From contig JBDLJB010000009.1 of the NCBI GenBank assembly GCA_039714555.1, forward strand, positions 17,379 through 81,378: a stretch of 64,000 nucleotides of DNA, written 5' to 3'. The notes beneath the pieces are model-generated. The model worked only from the letters and a program-made list of their open reading frames with translations. It had not been told where the DNA came from and did no database searches. Position 1 is the first letter of the stretch. Each line of letters begins with the position of its first letter. The position numbers were made by a program, and so were the translations under genes. The DNA is from Bacteroidota bacterium. GTDB lineage: Bacteria > Bacteroidota > Bacteroidia > Flavobacteriales > Flavobacteriaceae. Below, piece by piece: positions 28,449 through 37,249 of this stretch.

Positions 28449-29195
28449 TTAAAGTTTTAATTTTTCTTTTCGTTCTTGTAACTTAAAATTAGAACCTAAA
28501 TAAACTTTTCTAACCATTTCATCATCAGCAAGTTCTTTTGGTGTACCTTCTTTTAAGATCCCACCTTCAAACATAAGGTAGGTTTTATCAGTAATCGCCA
28601 AAGTAGCTTGTACATCATGATCTGTAATTAATATACCAATATTTCTATCTTTTAGATGTGCAACTATGCTTTGAATATCTTCAACGGCAATAGGATCAAC
28701 TCCTGCAAAAGGTTCGTCTAATAAAATAAATTTTGGATCAGAAGCCAAAGCTCTGGCGATTTCAGTACGTCTCCTTTCACCTCCCGAAAGTAGATCTCCC
28801 CTGTTTTTACGTACAAGATTTAATCCAAACTCTTCAATCAAAGCTTCTAATTTATTTTTTTGCTCTTGTTTGCTAAGATCAGTAAATTGTAAGATTGACA
28901 TGATATTATCTTCAACGGATAGTTTTCTAAATACTGATGCTTCCTGTGCAAGATATCCTACACCTTTCTGGGCTCTTTTGTACATAGAATCATGGGTAAT
29001 ATTTTCATCATTTAAAAAGATTTCACCAGCATTTGGTTTTATCATTCCAACTATCATATAAAACGAAGTAGTTTTTCCTGCACCATTTGGTCCTAATAAT
29101 CCTATTATTTCACCTTGTTCAACTTGTAGAGAGATACTATTTACAACTTTTCTGTTACCATATATTTTTGTTATATTTTCAGCCCTTAATATCAT
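28449..29195 (-). CDS. lptB: LPS export ABC transporter ATP-binding protein
   Basis: Walker A GPNGAGKTT, signature LSGGERRR, Walker B ILLDEPFAGVDP. Size is typical of LptB and the gene sits next to kdsD/tatC. Confidence 0.85.
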   Translation of the reverse strand: MILRAENITKIYGNRKVVNSISLQVEQGEIIGLLGPNGAGKTTSFYMIVGMIKPNAGEIFLNDENITHDSMYKRAQKGVGYLAQEASVFRKLSVEDNIMSILQFTDLSKQEQKNKLEALIEEFGLNLVRKNRGDLLSGGERRRTEIARALASDPKFILLDEPFAGVDPIAVEDIQSIVAHLKDRNIGILITDHDVQATLAITDKTYLMFEGGILKEGTPKELADDEMVRKVYLGSNFKLQERKEKLKL

Positions 29196-29251
29196 AATTC
29201 TTTAATATTTTTTAATATAAGATGTAATTCTATCATTGTGATCTATACAAT

Positions 29252-30097
29252 TTATTTAACCGATACTTTAGTGTTCTTTTTCTGTTCTTCTTTTTCTTTC
29301 TGTTCTTCTTTTTTTAAAACATACTTGGATATTTTAATACTAATTTCATAAAGTATTAACATAGGTATTGCAACAATTACTTGGCTTATTACATCGGGAG
29401 GTGTAATTAATGCAGCTAAAATTAATACCAAAACCAATGCATATTTTCTATATTTTCTTAAAAATTCAGGTGTAACTAAACCTAATTTGGTTAAAAAATA
29501 TATTACAATAGGCATTTCAAAAATCAAACCTGAAGCTAAACAAGAGGCTTTAAGTAAACCAATGTATGAACTGAGATCAATATTATTTTTTACTTCTTCT
29601 GCAACTCGGTAACTTCCCAAAAAATTTATTGATATGGGTGTAATAACAAAATATCCGAATAAAACACCTATAAAAAATAGAATTGAAGATATAAATATAA
29701 AACTACTTGTATTTTTTTTCTCCTTTTGATACAGACCAGGTTTAATAAATTTCCAAAATTCCCAGGCTATAAACGGAAATGCCATAATAAAACCTACCGC
29801 TATTGATGTCCATAAATGAGCAGAAAACTGCCCGGCCATAGTCCTGCTTTGAACAATAAACGGAATTTCATCAATACATAAACCATCAGTACCTAATTTT
29901 TGAGAAACAGAGCACAAAAACTCATAGGTAAAAAATGTAGGATCTTTGGGTTTTAAGATAATACTATTAAAAATAAAATCTTTAAAAATAAAAGCTATTA
30001 CAGCAAAGGCTAAAATAAATAAAGATGATCTAACCAAGGTCCACCTTAAAACTTCAAGGTGGTTTAAAAACGACATTTCATTATGTTTTTCACTCAT
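29252..30097 (-). CDS. tatC: twin-arginine translocase subunit TatC
   Basis: MSFLNHLEVLRWTLVRS start and six TM helices, with the C-terminal PPD motif (ITPPDVISQ). Confidence 0.9.
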   Translation of the reverse strand: MSEKHNEMSFLNHLEVLRWTLVRSSLFILAFAVIAFIFKDFIFNSIILKPKDPTFFTYEFLCSVSQKLGTDGLCIDEIPFIVQSRTMAGQFSAHLWTSIAVGFIMAFPFIAWEFWKFIKPGLYQKEKKNTSSFIFISSILFFIGVLFGYFVITPISINFLGSYRVAEEVKNNIDLSSYIGLLKASCLASGLIFEMPIVIYFLTKLGLVTPEFLRKYRKYALVLVLILAALITPPDVISQVIVAIPMLILYEISIKISKYVLKKEEQKEKEEQKKNTKVSVK

Positions 30098-30109
30098 TAG
30101 TCATAACAA

Positions 30110-31075
30110 TTAAATTATACCCTCATTTAAAAGATCGTGAAAATGTAAAACTCCTAAATATTTATTGTTATCAACTACTAAGATCTGTGAGATACCATTA
30201 TTTTGCATCACTTTAATAGCATTTACGGCCATTTCACTAACATCAATAATTTTAGGTTTTTTACTCATGATATCACTTGCTTTTAAGTTATGGATATCTT
30301 GATTTTTTTCAAGCATTCTTCTTATATCTCCGTCAGTAATTACACCAACAATACGTTCATCATCAATAACTGCCGTAGTACCTAATCTTTTGTCAGAGAT
30401 TTCATAAATAACGTCTTTTATTGAAGTATTGGCATATACTTGTGGTTTTTCATTTTTTTCAATTAAATCACCAACACGCAAATATAGTTTTTTTCCTAAA
30501 GTTCCTCCCGGATGATATTTTGCAAAATCTTTACTTGAAAAATCTCTTTGTTCTAATAGGCAAACTGCCAAAGCATCACCTAAAACCAGTTGTGCAGTTG
30601 TACTACTTGTTGGTGCAAGATTATTAGGGCAGGCTTCTTTTTCTACATAAGCATTTAAAACATAATCGGCTTTTTTTGCCAAAAAAGAATTGGGATTTCC
30701 GGTAATGGCAATTATTTTATTTCCAGAATTATGTATTAGAGGTGTTAAGACTTTAATTTCAGGGGTATTGCCACTTTTAGAAATACAAATTACTACATCA
30801 TCTACTTGAATATTTCCAAGGTCTCCATGAATAGCATCAGCAGCATGCATAAATATTGCCGGTGTTCCTGTTGAATTGAAAGTAGCTACAATTTTTGTTG
30901 CAATATTGGCACTTTTCCCAATACCTGTAACAATTACCCTGCCTTTTGATCTTAAAATAGTATTTATTGTATTTTCAAAATCTTCATTTAAAAAATTAAT
31001 CAAGTTTCTAATTACATCAGCTTCTATTAAGATTGTTTTTTTAGCTGTATCTAAAATTTTACTAGTTTTTTTCAA
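30110..31075 (-). CDS. kdsD: KpsF/GutQ family arabinose-5-phosphate isomerase (SIS domain plus two CBS domains)
   Basis: GIGKSANIATKIVATFNSTGTPA SIS motif. The C-terminal part has CBS pairs. Confidence 0.85.
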   Translation of the reverse strand: MKKTSKILDTAKKTILIEADVIRNLINFLNEDFENTINTILRSKGRVIVTGIGKSANIATKIVATFNSTGTPAIFMHAADAIHGDLGNIQVDDVVICISKSGNTPEIKVLTPLIHNSGNKIIAITGNPNSFLAKKADYVLNAYVEKEACPNNLAPTSSTTAQLVLGDALAVCLLEQRDFSSKDFAKYHPGGTLGKKLYLRVGDLIEKNEKPQVYANTSIKDVIYEISDKRLGTTAVIDDERIVGVITDGDIRRMLEKNQDIHNLKASDIMSKKPKIIDVSEMAVNAIKVMQNNGISQILVVDNNKYLGVLHFHDLLNEGII

Positions 31076-31223
31076 TTTTTTTAATTTTTTAAATCAAAAT
31101 TATTATAGTATATTTATTGGTCGTTTTTTAACAACTTTCGTTAAAAATATCAATATTAAATAAATTAATAATGAATTTTAGAAATATTTCTGCAAAAATA
31201 TTTAAAAAATAGGTAAAAGAAAC

Positions 31224-33422
31224 ATGAAAGAGACAAAAATAAGTTTGCAAGAGAATTTAAAAAAATATTTTGGTTTTACAAAATTCAAGGGTTTACAAAA
31301 AGATGCCATACAAAGTGTAATTGATGGTAACAATACATTTGTTGTTATGCCTACAGGTGGTGGAAAATCTTTGATCTATCAGTTACCGGCATTGATACAA
31401 GATGGAACAGCAATAGTTGTTTCACCATTGATCGCATTAATGAAAAATCAGGTTGATGCTTTACGCGGGATTTCTACAAATCACGGAATAGCTCATGTTT
31501 TAAATTCATCTTTGAATAAAACTGAAATTGCTCGTGTAAAAAAAGATATTGAAGATGGCATTACTAAATTATTGTATGTAGCGCCAGAATCATTGACCAA
31601 AGAAGAATATATAGATTTTCTAAAAAGGCAAACCATTTCATTTATAGCTATTGATGAAGCACATTGTATTTCGGAATGGGGGCATGATTTCAGACCGGAA
31701 TACAGAAATTTAAAAGATATCATCAAACAAATTGGTAACTTAAATATTGTTGGTTTAACCGCTACCGCTACAGAAAAAGTTCAAGATGATATTCTAAAGA
31801 ATTTAGGTATTACTGATGCCAAAACTTTTAAAGCGTCATTTAACCGGCCTAATTTATTTTATGAAGTTAAACCTAAAAATGCTGATGTTGATAAAGATAT
31901 CATTCGATTTGTTAGAAATTACAAAGGTAAGTCAGGAATTATATATTGTTTGAGTAGAAAAAAGGTCGAAGAAATTGCACAGGTATTACAAGTTAATGGT
32001 ATAAAAGCAGTGCCTTATCACGCTGGTTTTGATGCCAAAACGCGTTCTAAACACCAAGATATGTTTTTAATGGAAGATACTGATGTAGTAGTAGCAACTA
32101 TTGCTTTTGGTATGGGAATTGACAAACCCGATGTTCGCTTTGTTATTCATTATGATATGCCTAAAAGTTTAGAAAGTTATTATCAGGAAACCGGTAGAGC
32201 AGGTAGAGATGATGGCGAAGGATATTGTTTGGCATATTATGCATATAAAGATATTGAAAAATTAGAAAAGTTCTTATCAGGTAAACCCATAGCCGAACAG
32301 GAAATTGGTAATGCTTTATTGCAAGAAGTGGTGGCTTATGCCGAAACTTCAATGTCCAGGCGCAAATTTTTATTACACTATTTTGGCGAAGAGTTTGATG
32401 AGATAAATGGTAGAGGAGCTGATATGGATGATAATGTTAGGAATCCTAAAAAGAAAAATGAAGCAAAAGAAAATGTAAAAAAAATATTAGAGGTTGTTAA
32501 AAAAACTAAAGAAGAATATAAATCAAAAGAGGTCATCAATACACTAATTGGTAAAGAAAATGCACTTTTAATATCACATAAGACCAATAAACAAGATTTC
32601 TTTGGAATTGGAAAAGAAAAAGAAGATAAGTATTGGATGGCTTTGATACGGCAGGTTTTGGTAGCCGGTTATTTGCATAAAGAAATTGAACAATATGGTG
32701 TTTTAAAAATGACTCCAAAGGGTAATGAGTTTATCAATAAACCCGTTTCATTTATGATGACCGAAGATCATATTTATGATATAAATGATGATGCTAGTAT
32801 TATTACCAAAGGAAAAAGTAAAGGTGTAGCAACTGATGAAAAGTTAATGTTGATGCTTAAAGATCTTAGAAAATCAATAGGGAAAAGAAAAGGAGTACCT
32901 CCTTATGCTGTTTTTCAGGATCCTTCACTTGAAGATATGACCTTAAAATATCCTATTACATTAGAAGAACTGGCAAGTGTATATGGAGTAGGTGATGGGA
33001 AAGCAAAAAAATATGGTAAAGATTTTATTTCATTAATTGCTAGTTATGTTGAAGAAAACGATATTATTCGTCCGGATGATCTTATTGTAAAAAGTACCGG
33101 TGTAAATTCAGCATTAAAATTATATATCATTCAAAATACTGACAAAAAAATTCCATTGAATGATATTGCAAAGTCAAAAGGTATTACAATGGATGAGTTG
33201 CTTAAAATAATGGAGCAGATCATTTATTCGGGTACCAAGATCAATATTGGTTATTGTATTAATGAAATGTTAGATGAAGAACAGCAAGAAGAAATCTATG
33301 ATTACTTTATGGAATCGGAAAATGATAAGATTCAAGAGGCCTTAGATGAATTTGATGGAGATTTTGACGTAGAAGAATTGCGAATGATGCGAATTAAGTT
33401 TATAAGTGAGGTAGCCAATTAG
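31224..33422 (+). CDS. recQ: ATP-dependent DNA helicase RecQ
   Basis: [71 protein letters not shown]-like motifs. RQC and HRDC regions are present. Confidence 0.95.
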   Translation: [732 protein letters not shown]

Positions 33423-33486
33423 CTTTAATATGAACTATATATTATTCGGTAAATATTCTTAATAAGAACTTTAATATTGATTAGAA

Positions 33487-34161
33487 TTACAAACTAATAA
33501 ACGCTACTAAAAATCCAATAATAATTGCAATAAATTTTCTTGAATTAAACTTGTGATTTTCTGAACTTTCAAAAAGAATTGCAGTAGAAATATGTAGGAA
33601 GATACCTATGATTGTTGCAGTTATCTCAGTTTGATATTGATTTATAATTGTAAATTTATTGGCTAATAAACTGCCTAATGGACTCATCATAGCAAATAAG
33701 AAAACAAATAAATAAATGGTTGTTTTGGGTAAGTTTGAATTTTGTAAGAAAACAACTAATATTATGGTTACAGGTATTTTATGAATGATTATTGCCCAAA
33801 GAAGATTATTGTTTTCTTCTAAACCCAAAGGCATTCCTTCTACAAAAGCATGAATAATTAAGCTTAAAAATAGTAGCCAGGGTACGCTGTATGTAAATTC
33901 ATGGCCATGCATATGACCGTGTTCAGCTCCTTTTGAAAAATATTCAAGTACAGTTTGTAAAACAATACCAAATAAAATAAATAACCCGATGTTTTTTTGT
34001 TGTGTTTCAAATACTTCAGGCAATAAATGTAAAACGGTTATTGATAATAAATAAGCGCCGCTAAATGATAAAAACAAACGTAAAGCTTTGGTTTTAGGTT
34101 TAAAAAAACTCGCTATAAAAACTCCTAAGAGTACAGAAAGTATAAGGGCTATATAGATCAT
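33487..34161 (-). CDS. ZIP family metal (zinc) transporter
   Basis: Multi-TM protein with a His-rich loop (GAEHGHMHGHEF) and the HAFVEGMPLG motif. Confidence 0.8.
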   Translation of the reverse strand: MIYIALILSVLLGVFIASFFKPKTKALRLFLSFSGAYLLSITVLHLLPEVFETQQKNIGLFILFGIVLQTVLEYFSKGAEHGHMHGHEFTYSVPWLLFLSLIIHAFVEGMPLGLEENNNLLWAIIIHKIPVTIILVVFLQNSNLPKTTIYLFVFLFAMMSPLGSLLANKFTIINQYQTEITATIIGIFLHISTAILFESSENHKFNSRKFIAIIIGFLVAFISL

Positions 34162-34886
34162 TGAAATATTAATATTAATCGATCAGATTCTTTTTCATCA
34201 AATGGCATTAATTTATAATCGCCAAAAATATGCTTTATTTTTAAATTGGCTTTTTTTGACATGCTTTTAAATTTTGGCAATGTTAAGCATTGTACCTTTT
34301 CTTCAAATTCAAACAGCTTATCATCAGTATTGAATTCTATTACTTTTTTTAAATAGTTGTTTTCAACTTTTCTTTTGATATAAAAATCAATGTTATTTTT
34401 TGTAATAATTTCTTTTGGGATTAGATTAGTTTTTGCTTTGCTGATATTTAAAAAATCAAGTACAATAATACCATTGTCTTTTAATCCTGATTTAAAATTT
34501 TGAAGTACTTTAACATTTTCATCTTCATCATCAAAATATCCAAAACTTGTAAATAGATTAAAAATAGCATCATATTTTTCTTTTAAATGATTTCTCATAT
34601 CATGTGTATGAAAATGCAAAGTATTGTTTTCAAATTTTTTAGCATAATTTATATTGTTAATGGATAAATCAGCACCAGTTATACGATAACCTAAATTATT
34701 TAGGTAGATAGCGTGTCTTCCTCTTCCGCAAGGCAAGTCTAATATTTTGCCTTTTTCAGGTAGTTTTAGAAAACCAATCAATTTATTCATAAAGATCTCA
34801 GCCTCTTCATCATTTCTATGATCATAAAGCTTATGATAATATGGTGTATTGAACCATTGCTGATACCATGAATTTTGGTTTTTCAT
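34158..34886 (-). CDS. class I SAM-dependent methyltransferase
   Basis: ILDLPCGRGRH motif I. The track start (34940) is TTG; the first ATG gives MKNQNSWYQQWF. Its stop overlaps the ZIP start in ATGA. Confidence 0.8.
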   Translation of the reverse strand: MKNQNSWYQQWFNTPYYHKLYDHRNDEEAEIFMNKLIGFLKLPEKGKILDLPCGRGRHAIYLNNLGYRITGADLSINNINYAKKFENNTLHFHTHDMRNHLKEKYDAIFNLFTSFGYFDDEDENVKVLQNFKSGLKDNGIIVLDFLNISKAKTNLIPKEIITKNNIDFYIKRKVENNYLKKVIEFNTDDKLFEFEEKVQCLTLPKFKSMSKKANLKIKHIFGDYKLMPFDEKESDRLILIFQ

Positions 34887-34952
34887 CTGATAAATTCTGA
34901 TAAAATATTTTAAAAAAGCACAAAATAAAGAATATTTCAATTTATATAACAG

Positions 34953-34960
34953 TATTTTTG
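34953..34960 (+). promoter_or_regulatory. -7 promoter box TATTTTTG
   Basis: Exact TAnnTTTG. It ends only 4 nt before the track start (34965) but 22 nt before the ATG at 34983. Confidence 0.4.
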
Positions 34961-34982
34961 CTAAATGAATGAAAATTTTAAA

Positions 34983-36122
34983 ATGACTGCAAAAACTTTG
35001 TATGGTTTTGAGTCAATATTAGCTAGAGAATTAAGAAATTTAGGAGCCATTGGTGTAAAAGAAGGTGTTAGGAGTGTAACATTTTTTGGAGATACCGGTT
35101 TTATGTACAAGGCAAACCTAGCTTTACGTACAGCAATCAGGATTTTAAAACCAATTGATAGATTTAAAGTTTATAATGAAAATGAGTTGTATAAAAACCT
35201 GCAAAAAATTAAATGGGAAAAATATTTGCAAGTGAACAACACTTTAGCTATTGATGCCGCTGTGCACTCTACTATATTTACACATTCTCAATATATAGCT
35301 TTAAAAAGTAAGGATGCAATTGTTGATTATTTTAGAAATAAGTATGATAAAAGACCAAATATTGATTTAAAACACCCTGATTTACAGCTAAACATTCATA
35401 TTCAAGAAGATACTTGTACAGTTTCATTGGATAGTTCGGGAATGTCATTACATAAAAGAGGTTACAGAACTTCTACTAATATTGCACCAATTAATGAGGT
35501 TTTTGCTGCCGGCTTAATATTGATGACAGGCTATGACGGTTCACAACATTTTGTTGACCCTATGTGTGGAAGTGGTACCCTGTTAATTGAAGCAGCTATG
35601 ATTGCAAATAATATTCCGGCAAATATCAATCGTATTGAGTTTGGTTTTGAAAAGTGGATAGATTATGATAAGGATCTTTTTGAAACTATACATGATTCAC
35701 TTCTTAAAAAAATAACCCATTCATCACAAAAAATTATAGGTTTTGACAAAGCTCCATCGGCAATAAGAAAAGCACAGGAAAATATAAAAAATGCCAATTT
35801 AGTAGAATTTATAACTGTTGACAAACAAGATTTTTTTAATTCTGAAAAACCGGTAGAAGGAAAGACGATTGTATGTTTTAATCCACCTTATGGTGAACGT
35901 TTACCTATAAATGTTCCAATATTCTATAAAGAAATTGGTAATACTTTAAAACAAAATTATACTGATACCGATGTTTGGTTTATAACATCAGATTTTAATA
36001 TTGGATTAAAAAGTGTTGGGCTTCGAACTTCACGAAAAATTAAAGTTTTTAATGGGAGTTTAGAATGCAGATTTGTTAAATATGAAATGTACAGAGGGAG
36101 CAGGAAATCAAGTAAGCAGTAA
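34983..36122 (+). CDS. THUMP-domain class I SAM-dependent RNA methyltransferase (RlmL/RlmK-like, COG0116 type)
   Basis: MTAKTLYGFESILARELRNLG THUMP-type start, DPMCGSGTLLIEA motif I and NPPYGERL motif IV. The start was moved to 34983 because of the promoter box position. Confidence 0.8.
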   Translation: MTAKTLYGFESILARELRNLGAIGVKEGVRSVTFFGDTGFMYKANLALRTAIRILKPIDRFKVYNENELYKNLQKIKWEKYLQVNNTLAIDAAVHSTIFTHSQYIALKSKDAIVDYFRNKYDKRPNIDLKHPDLQLNIHIQEDTCTVSLDSSGMSLHKRGYRTSTNIAPINEVFAAGLILMTGYDGSQHFVDPMCGSGTLLIEAAMIANNIPANINRIEFGFEKWIDYDKDLFETIHDSLLKKITHSSQKIIGFDKAPSAIRKAQENIKNANLVEFITVDKQDFFNSEKPVEGKTIVCFNPPYGERLPINVPIFYKEIGNTLKQNYTDTDVWFITSDFNIGLKSVGLRTSRKIKVFNGSLECRFVKYEMYRGSRKSSKQ

Positions 36123-36190
36123 TCAGTTGTATAAATATGTTATAAGTTATAATTAATAAGATTATAATATAAAGATTTAAAAATAGATAA

Positions 36191-36622
36191 ATGATATCTA
36201 TCCGTGAAATAAAACCAGAAAACACTTTTTTTATACGAGAAAAAGAACTCCGTAAAAACATGAATTTACCTGCACAATTTACAGGAGATCTTGAAAAGAA
36301 TACTTTTCATTTAGGACTTTTTGTTGATGATATTTTGGTGAGTATTGTGAGTCTTATGAAGAATAAACATATAAATTTAGCAGGTGAGCAATTTCAACTT
36401 CGGGGTATGGCAACCTTAGAAGCTTATCAAAAAAATGGATATGGTAAAAAATTAGTTGCTAAAGCCGAACAAATATTAAAAAATAAGAGTGTTGAAATAA
36501 TTTGGTGTAATGCTCGGGTTGTAGCGCTTGATTTTTATCTTAAACAAGGTTATAAAAAGATAGGATCAGAGTTTGATATTCCTCAAATTGGAGGACATTT
36601 TGTAATGTATAAAAACATTTAA
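36191..36622 (+). CDS. GNAT family N-acetyltransferase
   Basis: QLRGMATLEAYQKNGYGKKLV acetyl-CoA binding motif. Confidence 0.8.
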   Translation: MISIREIKPENTFFIREKELRKNMNLPAQFTGDLEKNTFHLGLFVDDILVSIVSLMKNKHINLAGEQFQLRGMATLEAYQKNGYGKKLVAKAEQILKNKSVEIIWCNARVVALDFYLKQGYKKIGSEFDIPQIGGHFVMYKNI

Positions 36623-37157
36623 TAAAAAAATATTACATTTAATAATTTGATTATGAGATTATAAAAAATAAATTATTAATAATTGCGTTATATTTATTAT
36701 ACGATAATTATAAAGATTTATTAAACATGATTGTAAATGATAAAGACAGAGAAATATTTGTTAAAATTGTTTTTGTTATTGCTTTGATTCTATTATTTTT
36801 AATGACAATTTATTTTAATGTTTAAATATACCTCACTTAAAAAAAAACTAAGACGAGATAACTACAATATTAAAAGTGTTTGATATTATTTTAATCTTAA
36901 AAAGATTGTTTTTAAATTCATTTTTAATCTTACTTCAAAATATTTTAAATTATCTTCTTTTCTTAAAACAAGCATTAATACTGCAAAAAATTGATTTGTT
37001 AAGTAACTTATATTGCAATACATATAGTATATTACAGTAAAATTAATAAAATATCCAAAATATATCACTAATTATATATAATTCTATAACCTTTTCGTAA
37101 ATATAAAAAGCAGATACACAGCATTTAAACACAGTATTTAACTTTTTATTAAAATAA

Positions 37158-37183
37158 ATGCAAAAAAATGCAAAAAAATGCAA
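37158..37183. repeat. 10-bp tandem repeat ATGCAAAAAA x2 plus partial ATGCAA, 67 nt upstream of the SusC-like start
   Basis: Read directly: aaATGCAAAAAAATGCAAAAAAATGCAAttt. The units are in helical phase (10 bp). Confidence 0.6.
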
Positions 37184-37249
37184 TTTAACACGATATTTTC
37201 AATATATTAGCGCAAATTATAACTTATAAACAATTTTAAATTAATTATT

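Noticed and set aside
30876-31163. 95-aa plus-strand ORF over the kdsD start region, and the 61-aa ORF 36076-36261 (-), 60-aa ORF 36886-37068 (-) and 63-aa ORF 28109-28300 (-)
   Set aside because: These are AT-rich Ile/Phe/Leu/Lys/Asn strings that overlap real genes or promoter regions. None has motifs or coupling signals.
37158-37183. The tandem 10-mers considered as a CRISPR-like or minisatellite array
   Set aside because: There are only 2.6 units of 10 bp with no spacers. This is far too short for CRISPR, so it is treated as a promoter-proximal repeat instead.
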